A DNA stretch of 64,000 nt, from positions 7,523 through 71,522 of the forward strand of contig JBLIRN010000003.1 in NCBI GenBank assembly GCA_049472315.1. Reading direction: 5' to 3'. Source of the stretch: a bacterium (GTDB lineage: Bacteria > SZUA-182 > DTGQ01 > JAFGSM01). The position numbers were made by a program, and so were the translations under genes. Within the stretch, counting starts at the first letter, position 1, and the number at the start of each line of letters is the position of its first letter. Of the stretch, positions 1 to 10,968 are shown one piece after another. The notes below the pieces were generated by a model. The model did not search any database, was not told where the DNA came from, and saw nothing but the letters and a program-made list of their open reading frames with translations.

Positions 1-743
1 ACCTTTCTGATCTCTTCCCTTTCCCGGATTTTGAGCCGGCGATAGCTGTTTTGGGCCTCCACCGAGATCATCGGCTCGATGAAGAGCGTGGCGCCGCTGC
101 CCGATTCATCGTGTATGATGCCCTGTATGCTCCCCTTTTTGCTTGCCTTTACCGGGATGACATAGCGCTCGTTTCGGATCGTGATAAAATCGCCCTGGAG
201 CGCCTTTTGATCACCTTTATGTACAATGCCCTCCAAGAGGGCAATAATCCCCTCCTTCTCCCTGCGCAACTGCTTTCGAATCCGTGCCAGGGCCGGACTG
301 GCCGCATCCTTGATCTCCCCTGAAGGATCCAGGCAGTCATCCAACCGCTGTCGGAGATGTTCCGGTGAAACAAGGCCCTCCTTGAACGGTTCGAGGGTCG
401 GCGCGCCCTCAACGGCCCGGGACAGCCACTGAGCGACCGCACGGCTTAGGTTCACAAATGCGGCGATCTCCAGCAATTCGGGAACTTCCAGGGCAGTACC
501 TGTCAGGGCCGCCTTGGACAGGTGAGGAGCGATATCCCTGAGGTCCCCCAGGGGGAGCCGGCCGAATATGGACACCGCCTCCCGTGCCTCCTGTACCTGA
601 CGGAGGTCATGTTCGATGACCCCTTTGTCCACGATGGGGATGATGTTCAGGCATCGGGCCCTGCCTGGATCAGAACAGGCAAATGAGGCCAGCCGCGCCT
701 TAACCGCCTTAAATTCAAGTACTTCTAAGGAATGATGGTCCAT
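1..743 (-). CDS. mutS2: Endonuclease MutS2, N-terminal part (continues beyond the window start)
   Basis: Manual translation from the ATG at 743 gives MDHHSLEVLEFKAVKARLASFACSDPGRARCLNIIP, a MutS2-type N-terminus. Not in the ORF track because it runs off the edge. Confidence 0.85.
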   Translation of the reverse strand, partial: MDHHSLEVLEFKAVKARLASFACSDPGRARCLNIIPIVDKGVIEHDLRQVQEAREAVSIFGRLPLGDLRDIAPHLSKAALTGTALEVPELLEIAAFVNLSRAVAQWLSRAVEGAPTLEPFKEGLVSPEHLRQRLDDCLDPSGEIKDAASPALARIRKQLRREKEGIIALLEGIVHKGDQKALQGDFITIRNERYVIPVKASKKGSIQGIIHDESGSGATLFIEPMISVEAQNSYRRLKIREREEIRK

Positions 744-762
744 GGTGCAATCGGTGGATACG

Positions 763-1728
763 TCAGTTCCTCGAATGATAAACGTAACCGGAACACGGTA
801 CGATTTCCAGGTCCCCCTGCGTGCGCACCTGATCAAACATGAGGTTCATCCCCAGGCTGTCGCTCCCGATGTGGCCAGCGATCACTACATTGAGATGGTT
901 GGCCTCTGCCTCCTTTTTGTGTTCCTCACTCATATGCATGGCAACAATCGTTCCGAACCCCTCCTGTGCCAGGCGCTGGTAGATTTCCTTCGATCCTTCG
1001 GTTCCCCCGGTCATGTCCACAAGAATTCTCCCGCATCGCCTGGTCGCACTTCCCACCAGTATCTGAGGCCCCGCGTTGATCATGGCCTGATCTTGATATT
1101 CCGGGATGTCGAGGAGTATATCGATGATATCACCCATCCAATAGGGTCTTTTATCCTCGAAAAGACGCCGAAGATAGGCATACACCGCATTGTCCGCAGG
1201 GGTATGGCAGCACAGGAACGGCATATCAAGGAGCCGGGCTGCCATGACCGCCCGGTTGTGATTCACCGGCATGATCTTCCGGGCGACCTCCTTCATCCTC
1301 TCATCGAGAAGGGCCTCGGCAACGGTAACGGAGACACCGAACTGGTTCAGCAGATCGGTCTGCAAGGTCATGACCCGGTAAAAGGCTGCAAGGGCGACTC
1401 CTTCCGGGTGGTGCGCAATGACGGCATCGATTGGTATTCCTCTTTCCTTCACTTTTTCAGCCAAGAGGATTTCACCGACCTCGATATCTATCCCGGCCAG
1501 AACAGTGCGAATATCGCTCTCGAGATCACCATGGAGTATCCGGGTATCGGCATACGGATTGTGGAGCCTGTCGCGATCGAACCGGGCCTTGTCGCGATCC
1601 TTGATCTCTTCGTATTCCTTGTGCGATGCCTCCAGGGCCTTTTGTATTCCTTCCTCGCCCCGGGGGTCGTTTTGTATGCCGATTCGTATGATACTCTCGT
1701 ATATCTGACTAAGCCGCATGAGCGTCAA
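763..1728 (-). CDS. NIF3 (NGG1p-interacting factor 3)-like dinuclear metal protein
   Basis: Motifs IAHHPEG, CCHTPADN and IAGHIGSDSLG. Confidence 0.8.
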   Translation of the reverse strand: MTLMRLSQIYESIIRIGIQNDPRGEEGIQKALEASHKEYEEIKDRDKARFDRDRLHNPYADTRILHGDLESDIRTVLAGIDIEVGEILLAEKVKERGIPIDAVIAHHPEGVALAAFYRVMTLQTDLLNQFGVSVTVAEALLDERMKEVARKIMPVNHNRAVMAARLLDMPFLCCHTPADNAVYAYLRRLFEDKRPYWMGDIIDILLDIPEYQDQAMINAGPQILVGSATRRCGRILVDMTGGTEGSKEIYQRLAQEGFGTIVAMHMSEEHKKEAEANHLNVVIAGHIGSDSLGMNLMFDQVRTQGDLEIVPCSGYVYHSRN

Positions 1729-1751
1729 TGCAGGGTAAACATGTCAAACTG

Positions 1752-1795
1752 GGTAAAAAAAAGGACTCGGGTGGTTCAGGACCCGAATCCTTACC
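1752..1795 (-). terminator. Rho-independent terminator downstream of rpsU
   Basis: Minus strand reads AAGGATTCGGG-TCCTGAACCA-CCCGAGTCCTT followed by a T run. Confidence 0.65.
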
Positions 1796-1914
1796 ATTAT
1801 GCAATGTGAAATTATCTTCTCCTGGAAAAATGGCCTCGCACCGTGCTATAAGGTAGCGTCTACAACTTCGTTTATACAACGAAAAAATGACGAACAACAC
1901 GCGCTATTCGGTAA

Positions 1915-2100
1915 TTAGTATCGCCTCCTCAGAGACTTTTTCTTCGCTGCTAATGCCTTCCTTTTCTTCCTGGTGCTTGGTTTCTCGTAGTGCTCTCTCT
2001 TCTTGTATTCCGCCAAGATTCCTGCCTTCTCACTGGTCTTCTTGAAGCGTTTAAGCAGGCTCTCAAAGGACTCGTCCTCTTTCGGCCTTATAACAGGCAA
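1915..2100 (-). CDS. rpsU: 30S ribosomal protein S21
   Basis: [12 protein letters not shown]...KREHYEKPS motif; TTG start with GGAGGGAGG SD. Confidence 0.97.
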   Translation of the reverse strand: MPVIRPKEDESFESLLKRFKKTSEKAGILAEYKKREHYEKPSTRKKRKALAAKKKSLRRRY

Positions 2101-2195
2101 TCATTATCCCTCCCTCCGCAGTGTTTTATTGTCTGGTGGACGTGGACCTTCTTAAAGAATTTAAAACTTAATTATATACGGAATTCACTTTAAAG

Positions 2196-2552
2196 TCAAG
2201 GAAAATCCGTTTCCAATGATCGATAAAAACAGGTCCTATTCCCTGTATGGCATGCCGCCCCTATCTGTTCAACCTTGAAAAGCAAGGTATCCATGTCGCA
2301 GTCGAAGAACACCTCCTTTATTCGCTGGATATGACCGGACGTCTCACCCTTGGGCCAGATGCATTGCCGCGAACGGCTCCAGAAAACCGTCCTTCCCGTC
2401 TTGAGCGTCTCGATGAGCGAGTCCCGATTCATGTATGCCATCATGAGTACCTGTCCATTTTCAGCGTCTTGAATGATCGCCGGGACAAGCCCCTTTTCAT
2501 CATATTTGATGCCCGAGACGAAACGCTCTGCATCCTGTGCCGTTCGCATCAT
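2196..2552 (-). CDS. hisI: Phosphoribosyl-AMP cyclohydrolase
   Basis: [23 protein letters not shown] and ACHTG..CF motifs. Confidence 0.96.
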   Translation of the reverse strand: MMRTAQDAERFVSGIKYDEKGLVPAIIQDAENGQVLMMAYMNRDSLIETLKTGRTVFWSRSRQCIWPKGETSGHIQRIKEVFFDCDMDTLLFKVEQIGAACHTGNRTCFYRSLETDFP

Positions 2553-2856
2553 ATAGTACCCTTCCGTTTGTCCGATTCAATTAAAAAGACAGCGTTTACC
2601 GGACACAATTACGTCGTTACTATCGAATCGCTTTGAGATAGATTTATACGAAAGAAAGGAATTGAAATGCAACAAAGAAACTGATATAAACGCCGTATAA
2701 TTTTATTAAAAGTAGTATAGAAAGCCCTACACTTCCCGCAACCTCGTTATTATTAACTAATATTATAATACCAGATATTGACAATGCTGTCAATGTGAAT
2801 ACATCAATTCCATTGCACACTTTCACTCCCTTTCCAGGACAGAGGGATACACGACA

Positions 2857-3699
2857 TTGCTTGATAGGCAACAACTCGAGGCACTATACACGCATCTGAA
2901 CCGTCGCGTATACGTACACCCTGACCCCCTCGAATTCCTTTATGCCTACCCGGATCTGCGTGACCGGGAGATCGTGGGGCTCGTAGCGTCCTCCCTGGCA
3001 TACGGAAGGGTTGCGCAGATATTAAAAAGCGTGTCCACGGTGCTCCGGCGGATGCCGCGGCCCTTCCATTTTCTCATGGATGCATCGCGGGCATCACTCC
3101 ATGCGGAATACGCAGATTTCAGGCATCGCTTCACCACCGGTGAGGATCTTGCGGCCCTGCTGTATGGCGCGAGGACAGCCATTGAGCGGTATGGATCCCT
3201 CAATGCATGTTTCCGTTCCGGGCTTCGAAATGAGCATGAAACGGTGCTTCCCGCACTTTTATCCTTTATGCGGGAACTCTCCGAACCGGGCTCGGGGAGA
3301 TGCAACACCCTCCTCCCCTCACCCGATACGGGGAGCGCATGCAAGCGTATGAACCTGTTTTTGCGCTGGATGGTACGAAGGGATGCCGTGGATCCGGGCG
3401 GATGGGAAGGGGTGCCTCCGGCCAAGCTTCTGGCCCCTCTGGATACCCACCTGTACCGGATCGGATGTGCCCTGCGGCTCACCACGCGAAGGCAGGCGGA
3501 TATGAAAACCGTCCTTGATATCACCTGCGCATTTAGAACGATCTGCCCTGAAGATCCGGTACGGTATGATTTTTCGCTCACCCGCCTGGGGATGCGAATG
3601 AGGCCCAAAGAAGATCCCCTGCAATACCTCTTTGAATGCCTTAGGCAATCAGCATCCAAATCGGACCAATCCATTCACCGGGAATTCCCTGAGCCATAG
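2857..3699 (+). CDS. TIGR02757/DUF2400 family protein
   Basis: HPDPLEF, SACKRMNLFLRWMVR, PLDTH and DPVRYDFSL motifs. Confidence 0.88.
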   Translation: MLDRQQLEALYTHLNRRVYVHPDPLEFLYAYPDLRDREIVGLVASSLAYGRVAQILKSVSTVLRRMPRPFHFLMDASRASLHAEYADFRHRFTTGEDLAALLYGARTAIERYGSLNACFRSGLRNEHETVLPALLSFMRELSEPGSGRCNTLLPSPDTGSACKRMNLFLRWMVRRDAVDPGGWEGVPPAKLLAPLDTHLYRIGCALRLTTRRQADMKTVLDITCAFRTICPEDPVRYDFSLTRLGMRMRPKEDPLQYLFECLRQSASKSDQSIHREFPEP

Positions 3700-3858
3700 C
3701 ACTGAGGCGTGATCCCTTGTCGGGATGCATAAAAAATCCCCTCCCCGTATAGTTTCTATACCTGTCTCGATGGATGTATGCCTGGCTGCAGAACCCCGAA
3801 AAGGTTCAAAATCGGGTGGTTTCCCTCCATTCAGGCAGGGCGATGCGCCTGAGCCTTT

Positions 3859-3874
3859 TGGAACGATACTTGCT
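3859..3874 (+). promoter_or_regulatory. sigma54 (-24/-12) promoter
   Basis: TGGAACGATACTTGCT is GG-N10-GC, close to the consensus TGGCACG-N4-TTGCW; it ends 60 nt upstream of the ATG at 3935. Confidence 0.75.
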
Positions 3875-3934
3875 TTTTCACGTAAGCAAACTGAATATGT
3901 ATGGTTGCAGCAGATGAGACAATGGAGGCTTACA

Positions 3935-4930
3935 ATGTTTTTCATTACCAAGGACCACTCGGCAAGGATACAATCCTGTATCTTTTTTCTTTCACTCGTC
4001 ATCATCATTGTGGTGGGCGCATGCCAGGGGGCGGAGGCCTATTACGGACTTGGGCTTTATGGCGGCGGGATTTACGGAGGGTCAAGCCTGTACGGCCTTG
4101 GCGGATCATACGGACTCTCAGGATACGGCAGCCTTTACGGGCTGGGCAGTTTGTACGGCATGGGCAGCCTGTATGGCCTCGGCGGATTGTATGGACTTTC
4201 AGGTATGGGAGGTCTCTACGGCATGGGCAGCCTGTATGGCCTCGGTGGATTGTATGGACTTTCAGGTATGACCGGTCTCTATGGTCTGGGGAGCCTATAC
4301 GGCCTCGGCGGGTTGTATGGCGGCCTTGGAGGCATCTATGGTTTGGGCGGCCTGTCCGGGCTCGGCGGCGGTCTCACTATGCTCGGCCTGGCCTACGGAC
4401 TGGGCGGGAGCTCGGGGCTTCAGAATCTCCAGGCAATGGCCGGGCTCGCCAACCCCCTGAATCCTTTTGGCAGCCTGGGGCTTTCGAATCTGGGGGTGCA
4501 GTCCCCGGCGCTGACGAATCTCTTGGGAATAACGGCTGAGCAGGCAGGAACGTGGACCGGTACCTGGTACAGCCTGGTAAAGCTGAATGCGGGTATCATG
4601 AATATGACGCTCGTCGAGGATGCGGTGAACGGAATCCTGACCGGAGAGGTGACCCTCATCCTGAACAAATTCACCAATTCGGTACCCGCCGAGGTGAGCG
4701 GACTGTATAGCGGCGGTGACACCTTTATCCTGACCGGAGGAAATAACACCATATTCTCGACCACCCTCTTGGTCACGACCGCGATTACCCTCTATGAGAT
4801 CGAGCTGAATTGTACCCTGACCGGTCCCTCAACCATGACCGGCACATACACGATCAACGATCTGACGAAGCTGCTCGGGTATGATTATGGGAACTTCAAT
4901 CTTACCCTGAGTGCGGCACCGATTATATAA
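3935..4930 (+). CDS. Secreted Gly/Leu/Tyr-repeat protein with a C-terminal beta-rich domain
   Basis: GGAGG SD before ATG 3935; signal peptide ending AEA; about 130 aa of (G/S)LYG(L/M)G repeats, then AEQAGTWTGTW... domain. Confidence 0.8.
   Translation: MFFITKDHSARIQSCIFFLSLVIIIVVGACQGAEAYYGLGLYGGGIYGGSSLYGLGGSYGLSGYGSLYGLGSLYGMGSLYGLGGLYGLSGMGGLYGMGSLYGLGGLYGLSGMTGLYGLGSLYGLGGLYGGLGGIYGLGGLSGLGGGLTMLGLAYGLGGSSGLQNLQAMAGLANPLNPFGSLGLSNLGVQSPALTNLLGITAEQAGTWTGTWYSLVKLNAGIMNMTLVEDAVNGILTGEVTLILNKFTNSVPAEVSGLYSGGDTFILTGGNNTIFSTTLLVTTAITLYEIELNCTLTGPSTMTGTYTINDLTKLLGYDYGNFNLTLSAAPII
4154..4279 (+). repeat. 63-bp (21-codon) tandem duplication within the Gly-rich gene
   Basis: TACGGCATGGGCAGCCTGTATGGCCTCGG.GGATTGTATGGACTTTCAGGTATG...GGTCTC starts at both 4154 and 4217. 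Confidence 0.9.
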
Positions 4931-5060
4931 CCCAAGGGAAATGGCAGGTGAAAATTGGGTCGCAGCATGCCCTTTAGGTGGTCGGCAGGGCTGTATACTG
5001 CTGGGCTTCGCTTTGCCTAACATGTTTGGTGAGTGTTCCGCTTCGCTCCACCTGGCAAGC

Positions 5061-6110
5061 TTAGATGATTCTTACCTCGGCCTCCATCACCCGGTGACCG
5101 GTCAGTATCTCCGCGATTTGGACCGCATTGAGGGCTGCGCCCTTGCGAAGGTTGTCGGACACGATCCACAGGTTGAGGCCATGGGCCACCGATTCATCCC
5201 TGCGGATACGGCCGACGAATACCGGGTCCTCTCCGGCGGCATCGATGGGAAGCGGATATATATTCTGGCGGGGATCATCCACCACCACGACTCCCGGGCT
5301 TTTTTTCAGGATTTCCCTGCATTCATCAGGTGAAAGTTCACGATCGAGCTCTATGTTCACCGCCTCGGAATGCCCGATGAACACAGGTACCCGCACCGTG
5401 GTTGCGGTGACCCGAATGGTGTCGTCCCCCATGATCTTCCTGGTTTCGTTTACCATCTTCATCTCCTCCTTGGTATACCCGTTGTCCAGGAATATATCTA
5501 TATGGGGGAGGCAATTGAACGCAATCTGGTGGGGATAGACCGATGGCTGGATGTCCTCTTTCTGGAAGTTCAACAGCATTCTGCTCTGGTCGAAGAGTTC
5601 GTCCATGGCCTCCTTGCCCGTGCCTGAGACCGCTTGATAGGTGGACACCACGATCCGCTTGATCCTCGCATGGTCGTGGATCGGCTTGAGCGCCACCACC
5701 ATCTGGATGGTGGAGCAGTTCGGATTGGCAATGATACCCTTGTGACGTTGGACATCATTCGGATTGACCTCGGGCACAACCAGCGGCACCTCCGGGTCCA
5801 TGCGAAAGGCACTGCTGTTATCCACGACCACGGTCCCCGCCTTGACCGCATAGGGGGCGAATTCGAGGCTCACGTCCCCCCCTGCAGAGAAGAGGGCAAG
5901 ATCGACGCCCTTAAAGGAATCCCTTTTCAGCTCCTTGACGATGAGGGAGCGATTATGAAAAGAGACCTCCGTACCCGCCGTCCGATACGAGGCCAGAGGT
6001 ACGAGTTCGCTCACCGGGAATTCCCTCTCTTCGAGGACCGCGATCATTTCCTTGCCCACAGCCCCGGTTGCACCGACAACGGCTACCCGATATCGTTCCT
6101 TTTTTTCCAT
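5061..6110 (-). CDS. asd: Aspartate-semialdehyde dehydrogenase
   Basis: VAVVGATGAVG, IIANPNCSTIQ and DNLRKGAALNAVQIAE; start at MEKKE (6110). Confidence 0.97.
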   Translation of the reverse strand: MEKKERYRVAVVGATGAVGKEMIAVLEEREFPVSELVPLASYRTAGTEVSFHNRSLIVKELKRDSFKGVDLALFSAGGDVSLEFAPYAVKAGTVVVDNSSAFRMDPEVPLVVPEVNPNDVQRHKGIIANPNCSTIQMVVALKPIHDHARIKRIVVSTYQAVSGTGKEAMDELFDQSRMLLNFQKEDIQPSVYPHQIAFNCLPHIDIFLDNGYTKEEMKMVNETRKIMGDDTIRVTATTVRVPVFIGHSEAVNIELDRELSPDECREILKKSPGVVVVDDPRQNIYPLPIDAAGEDPVFVGRIRRDESVAHGLNLWIVSDNLRKGAALNAVQIAEILTGHRVMEAEVRII

Positions 6111-6120
6111 CCGTTTTACC

Positions 6121-7194
6121 TCACTTTGCTGTGCGGGATGGCTGGCGCACAAGGTCCGCTACCATATCCCCGATCTCGTGGGTCTTGAATCCGCTTTTAG
6201 CGGACAGGTCCTTTATCTTCCCGCTCGAGAGCAGGCTGATGATGGCCTGCTCGATCAACCGGCTCCCTTCCTGTTCCTTGAGGTGCTCCAGCATCATCTG
6301 GCATGCAGAGATGGTGGCCAGGGGATTGGCTACCCCCTTTCCCGCATATTTGGGGGCGGAGCCATGGATCGGCTCAAACATGGAGACCCCATCCGGATTG
6401 ATGTTTCCGGAGGCCGCGATGCCCAGGCCTCCTTGGATCATCGCCCCGAGATCGGTGATGATATCCCCGAACATGTTGCATACCACGATCACATCGAACC
6501 ATTCGGGGTTCTTCACCATCCACATGCAGGTTGCATCCACATACGCATGATCCATCGTGATGTCGCTGTATTCCTGACCCACCTCCTTGAACACCCGCTG
6601 CCAGAGATCATGGGCATAGGTGAGCACATTGGACTTGTCGCAGAGGGTCAGCTTTTTCTCCTTGTTTCGTGTGCGGGTCAGGTCAAAGGCATATCGGACG
6701 CAGCGCTCAACGCCCTTCCGGGTGTTGATCATCTCCTGCATGGCCACCTCGTCCCTTGTCCCCTTTTTGAAGAATCCACCAATGCCCACATAGAGCCCTT
6801 CGGTATTCTCGCGCACCACCACGAAATCGATCTCATCCGGCCCCTTGTCCTTTAAGGGGGTCCATACCCCGGGATAGAGTTTGATCGGTCTCAGGTTGAT
6901 ATACTGGTCGAGCTCGAAACGGAGGCGCAGGAGCAGGCCCTTCTCCAGGATGCCGGCCTGCACGCCCGGATGACCTACTGCGCCCAGATAGATGGCATCC
7001 ATGTCCCTGAGCTCGGTCATGGCCGAGTCAGGGATGATTTCACCGGTCTTCAGGTACCGATCCCCGCCAAAATCGAAATGATGCGCCTTGAATGAAAATC
7101 CCGCCGCCTCGGACGCCGCCTGGAGCACCTTGAGCCCTTCCTGGACGATCTCCGGTCCGATCCCATCCCCGGGGATAACTGCGATGTTATACAT
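6121..7194 (-). CDS. leuB: 3-isopropylmalate dehydrogenase
   Basis: GDGIGPEI, VRENTEGLY, NMFGDIITD and EPIHGSAPKYAG; leu operon context. Confidence 0.93.
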   Translation of the reverse strand: MYNIAVIPGDGIGPEIVQEGLKVLQAASEAAGFSFKAHHFDFGGDRYLKTGEIIPDSAMTELRDMDAIYLGAVGHPGVQAGILEKGLLLRLRFELDQYINLRPIKLYPGVWTPLKDKGPDEIDFVVVRENTEGLYVGIGGFFKKGTRDEVAMQEMINTRKGVERCVRYAFDLTRTRNKEKKLTLCDKSNVLTYAHDLWQRVFKEVGQEYSDITMDHAYVDATCMWMVKNPEWFDVIVVCNMFGDIITDLGAMIQGGLGIAASGNINPDGVSMFEPIHGSAPKYAGKGVANPLATISACQMMLEHLKEQEGSRLIEQAIISLLSSGKIKDLSAKSGFKTHEIGDMVADLVRQPSRTAK

Positions 7195-7200
7195 GATCCG

Positions 7201-7632
7201 CTAATCTCCTTCGTTCGTTGTCGTTTTCCCGTGTTCTTCACAACAGTTCTTGTACTTTTTCCCGCTCCCGCACGGGCAGGGGGCGTTCCGATCGAGCATC
7301 GGCGAGCTTCCCATGACGATGATCTTGCCCTTTCTGGATTTTGTCCGGGGGCGTTTGGATTCGGTTTTGCCCCTGTTCTCCGCCCATTCCTCGTCGTCCC
7401 AGTACATGTAATCCTCTTCCATCACCCGCATCATATCCTCGATCTTCTGGTTGATCATCAGCAGGGGGAAGAGGATAAGGATGCAGCAAAAGGGGGCCAT
7501 GAGCAGCATTGCCGTCTGGAAGGGGGTAAGGGGAAGAAAGAAACTGATCAGTACACCCATCCCTACGAACGCCAATGTCACCAGGATACAGGATAGAATT
7601 GCGACGACACAGAGCACGCCGATGTTTTTCAT
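7201..7632 (-). CDS. Two-TM membrane protein with a C-terminal SEC-C zinc motif
   Basis: Two hydrophobic helices and RNAPCPCGSGKKYKNCC; ATGA overlap with leuD. Confidence 0.8.
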   Translation of the reverse strand: MKNIGVLCVVAILSCILVTLAFVGMGVLISFFLPLTPFQTAMLLMAPFCCILILFPLLMINQKIEDMMRVMEEDYMYWDDEEWAENRGKTESKRPRTKSRKGKIIVMGSSPMLDRNAPCPCGSGKKYKNCCEEHGKTTTNEGD

Positions 7633-8132
7633 GAAATGACTCCTTTGATATAATTCATCAATCCCCCACTCTCAATCAACTCCTTCATAAACGGTGGATA
7701 GGGGACGATCGCGTATTCTTCATCCCGGGTACGATTGATTATTTTTCCCTTTTCGACATGAACCTCCAGGGCATCGCCGGTGCGTATCCGCGCCGACGCC
7801 TGTTCGGACTCGATAATAGGCAGCCCGATGTTGATCGCGTTGCGGAAGAAGATCCGGGCAAAGCTTGCCGCAATGACGCACCCGACCTTGGCAGCCTTGA
7901 TGCACAGGGGTGCATGTTCCCGTGAAGAGCCGCACCCGAAGTTTGTTCCTCCCACCAGGATATCGCCGGGCTTCACCCGGGAGGCAAACCCGGAATCAAG
8001 GTCCTCCATGCAGTGCTGGGCCAGCTCGAGGGGGTCGGTGGTGTTCAGATAGCGCGCAGGGATGATTTCATCGGTGTTTACGTTATCGCCGTATCTCCAT
8101 GCCGTTCCCTTGATGATGCTGATATCAACCAT
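7629..8132 (-). CDS. leuD: 3-isopropylmalate dehydratase small subunit
   Basis: [20 protein letters not shown] and [15 protein letters not shown]. Confidence 0.96.
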   Translation of the reverse strand: MVDISIIKGTAWRYGDNVNTDEIIPARYLNTTDPLELAQHCMEDLDSGFASRVKPGDILVGGTNFGCGSSREHAPLCIKAAKVGCVIAASFARIFFRNAINIGLPIIESEQASARIRTGDALEVHVEKGKIINRTRDEEYAIVPYPPFMKELIESGGLMNYIKGVIS

Positions 8133-9402
8133 TACTATGAATCTCCTCGGGCCCGCCTATCCTGCCGAGAATTGCGGAAGCGGCCGCCACAGCAGGATTC
8201 GCCAGGTAGACCTCGCTCTTCGGATGTCCCATCCGTCCGACAAAATTCCGGTTGGTGGTGGCGATGGCCCGTTCCCCTTCGGCCAGTACCCCCATGTGAC
8301 CTCCAAGACAGGGTCCGCATGTTGGCGGCGAGATCACTGCACCTGCATCCAGGAAAACGGCCAGGAGCCCTTCCTGCATCGCCTGCTTGTATATCGCCTG
8401 GGTTGCGGGGATGACGATGAGACGCACCCCGGGGTGGACCCGTTCCCCCTTGAGCACCCCTGCGGCGATCCTCAGGTCTTCGATCCTCCCGTTGGTACAG
8501 GAACCGATCACCGACTGGTCGATCACCACCGTTCCCACCTCGCTGATGGGCCTTGTATTCGAGGGCAGATGGGGGAATGCCACCTGGGGCTCCAGGTCAT
8601 CAACGTTCCATTCGTAGACCTCCTTGCAGGGGGCGTCCTGATCGCCGTACACGGGCTCGAAGGGGCGAACCCCCCGTTCCCTGCAATAATCGATGGCCTT
8701 CCGGTCCGGTGAGATGATGCCGTTTTTGGCCCCCGCCTCTATGGCCATGTTACACATGGTGAATCGGTTGTCCATAGAGAGCCCGTCGATGACCGGTCCG
8801 GTGAATTCCATGCTCATGTACCGGGCGCCGTCCACACCGATCCTGCCGATGGTATACAGGATGAGATCCTTGCCCCCCACCCATGCCCCGAGCTTCCCGG
8901 TATAGACAAATCTGAGGGTTTCGGGAACCTTGAACCAGATCTCCCCGGTAATCATTGCAGCCGCAAGGTCCGTGCTGCCCACGCCCGTGGCGAACGCCCC
9001 CAGCGCCCCGTAGGTACAGGTATGCGAATCCGCCCCACTGATAAGCTCACCGGGCAGGATGAGCCCCTGCTCCGGGATCAGGGCGTGTTCGATGCCCACC
9101 TCTCCCACCTCGAAATAGTACCGTATAGTGTGTTTGCGGGCAAACTCGCGGACCTGGCGTGCCAGCTGGGCGGACTTGATGTCCTTGTTCGGGGTGGAAT
9201 GATCGGGCACCAGGTAGACCCTCTCCGGGTCGAACACCCGGGTTGCCCCGATACGTTCGAACTCGTTGATCGCAAGGGGCGCGGTGATGTCGTTTCCCAG
9301 GCAGCAATCGATTCGCGGCTTGATGAATTCCCCTGGTCGGACGAATTCCCTGCCCGTATGGCGGGCGAGAATCCTTTGGCTTATGGTCATGGCGGTGGAC
9401 AT
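8125..9402 (-). CDS. leuC: 3-isopropylmalate dehydratase large subunit
   Basis: [24 protein letters not shown] and [10 protein letters not shown]. Confidence 0.96.
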   Translation of the reverse strand: MSTAMTISQRILARHTGREFVRPGEFIKPRIDCCLGNDITAPLAINEFERIGATRVFDPERVYLVPDHSTPNKDIKSAQLARQVREFARKHTIRYYFEVGEVGIEHALIPEQGLILPGELISGADSHTCTYGALGAFATGVGSTDLAAAMITGEIWFKVPETLRFVYTGKLGAWVGGKDLILYTIGRIGVDGARYMSMEFTGPVIDGLSMDNRFTMCNMAIEAGAKNGIISPDRKAIDYCRERGVRPFEPVYGDQDAPCKEVYEWNVDDLEPQVAFPHLPSNTRPISEVGTVVIDQSVIGSCTNGRIEDLRIAAGVLKGERVHPGVRLIVIPATQAIYKQAMQEGLLAVFLDAGAVISPPTCGPCLGGHMGVLAEGERAIATTNRNFVGRMGHPKSEVYLANPAVAAASAILGRIGGPEEIHSNG

Positions 9403-9423
9403 CGTTTCGGTTCCTTGAAGGAT

Positions 9424-10968
9424 TCAGAGGGATGGGGCGTTTTTCGCGCCCTTCTTCTCGTTGCGGAAGACCGCCTTGTTGAATGCATTGAGGTAGGCCT
9501 TTGCGCTCGCTACGATGACGTCGGTGGACACCCCTCTTCCCGTGAGGACCTGATCACCGATTTGCACCGAGACATTGACCTCCCCCATGGCATCCTTCCC
9601 CCCTGCCACTGCATTGATGGAATAGGACACGAGGGTTCCCGTCATATTCGTCAGGCGGTCGATGGTCTTATACGTCGCATCCACCGGGCCGTCGCCGCAG
9701 GCGGAATCCTGGAGTGTCTCCCCGTTTCGTTTCAACTTTATGGTTGCCGTGGGGATGGTGTGGTCACCGCTGGTGATATGGATATAATCCAGGGCGAAGA
9801 TCTCCGGAACGGCATGGATCTCATCCTCCACCAGGGCCTGGAGCTCTTCATCAAACACCTCTTTCTTCTTGTCCGCCAGCTCCTTGAATCGCTGAAAGGC
9901 CTTGTTCAGCTCATCCGTGGAAAGGTCATAGCCCAGTTCGGCCAGGCGGGCGGAGAAGGCATGCCTTCCGGAATGCTTCCCCAGGACCATCCGGCTCTGC
10001 TTCAATCCGATCGACTCGGGGGTCATGATCTCGTAAGTGGTCTTTTCCTTGAGCACCCCGTCCTGGTGAATCCCGGATTCATGGGCAAAGGCGTTTTCGC
10101 CCACAATGGCCTTGTTCCTCTGCACCGCTATCCCGGTGAGGTGGCTTACCATCCTGCTGGTCTTATATATCTCCTCGGTGCGGATATCGGTATAGTTGCT
10201 GAAATGGTCCTGCCTGGTCCGGACGGCCATGACGATCTCTTCCAGGGCCGCGTTTCCTGCCCGCTCCCCCAGGCCGTTCATGGTGCATTCCACCTGACGC
10301 ACGCCGTTTTCAACAGCGGCAAGTGAATTGGCCACGGCGAGTCCCAGGTCGTTGTGGCAATGGCAGCTCAGGATCGCCTTATCAACGTTGGGCACCCTCT
10401 CGCGGATCAGCCTGATCAGCCCTCCGAATTCGGGGGGGGTGGCATATCCCACGGTATCGGGGATATTGATGGTGGAGGCCCCGGCATTGATGGCCAGTTC
10501 CACGATCCGGCACAGGAAGTCGCGGTCGGAGCGAAAGGCATCCTCCGCGGAAAACTCCACGTCAGGGCACAGGGACCGCGCATAGCTTACCGCATCCTTG
10601 GCCATGGCCAGTACCTCTTCCCTGTCCTTTTTGAGCTTGTACTTCATATGGATGTCCGAGGTTGCGATAAAGGTATGGATGCGCGGCCGTCGAGCATGCT
10701 TCACCGCCTCCCATGCCCGTTCGATATCCTCCCGGGTTGAACGGGCAAGCCCACAAATGGCAGGCCCCTCCACCTCCTGGGCAACCCGTTTGACCGCCTC
10801 GAAGTCACCCGGTGAGGCAATGGGAAAGCCCGCCTCTATGACATCCACATTCAGCTTTGCCAGTTGTCTGGCTATCTGCAGTTTTTCGGTTATATTCAGA
10901 CTCGCCCCGGGGGATTGTTCGCCGTCCCTGAGGGTCGTGTCAAAGATGATGATTCTGTCTCTGCTCAC
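9424..10968 (-). CDS. leuA: 2-isopropylmalate synthase
   Basis: [19 protein letters not shown] and GERAGNA; GTG start at 10968 after AAGGAG. Confidence 0.96.
   Translation of the reverse strand: MSRDRIIIFDTTLRDGEQSPGASLNITEKLQIARQLAKLNVDVIEAGFPIASPGDFEAVKRVAQEVEGPAICGLARSTREDIERAWEAVKHARRPRIHTFIATSDIHMKYKLKKDREEVLAMAKDAVSYARSLCPDVEFSAEDAFRSDRDFLCRIVELAINAGASTINIPDTVGYATPPEFGGLIRLIRERVPNVDKAILSCHCHNDLGLAVANSLAAVENGVRQVECTMNGLGERAGNAALEEIVMAVRTRQDHFSNYTDIRTEEIYKTSRMVSHLTGIAVQRNKAIVGENAFAHESGIHQDGVLKEKTTYEIMTPESIGLKQSRMVLGKHSGRHAFSARLAELGYDLSTDELNKAFQRFKELADKKKEVFDEELQALVEDEIHAVPEIFALDYIHITSGDHTIPTATIKLKRNGETLQDSACGDGPVDATYKTIDRLTNMTGTLVSYSINAVAGGKDAMGEVNVSVQIGDQVLTGRGVSTDVIVASAKAYLNAFNKAVFRNEKKGAKNAPSL

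Noticed and set aside
742-1809. 355-aa plus-strand ORF and similar long antisense ORFs (9022..10326, 16770..18065, 20342..21595, 38979..40547, 43680..45485, 57616..58905)
   Set aside because: Shadow frames of well-supported opposite-strand genes in GC-rich DNA; no recognisable motifs.
2777-2794. ATTGACA-ATGC-TGTCAAT palindrome
   Set aside because: Could be back-to-back -35 boxes of divergent promoters; the spacing does not fit FNR and no regulator is assignable.
2644-2874. 76-aa hydrophobic ORF
   Set aside because: AT-rich divergent promoter region; no SD; likely spurious.
4040-4420. Repeat tract as a possible CRISPR array
   Set aside because: Codon-phased coding repeats without unique spacers; no cas genes.
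4940-5060. Weak palindromic, GCTTCGCT-containing spacer between convergent genes
   Set aside because: Pairing too degenerate to call a terminator or MITE.
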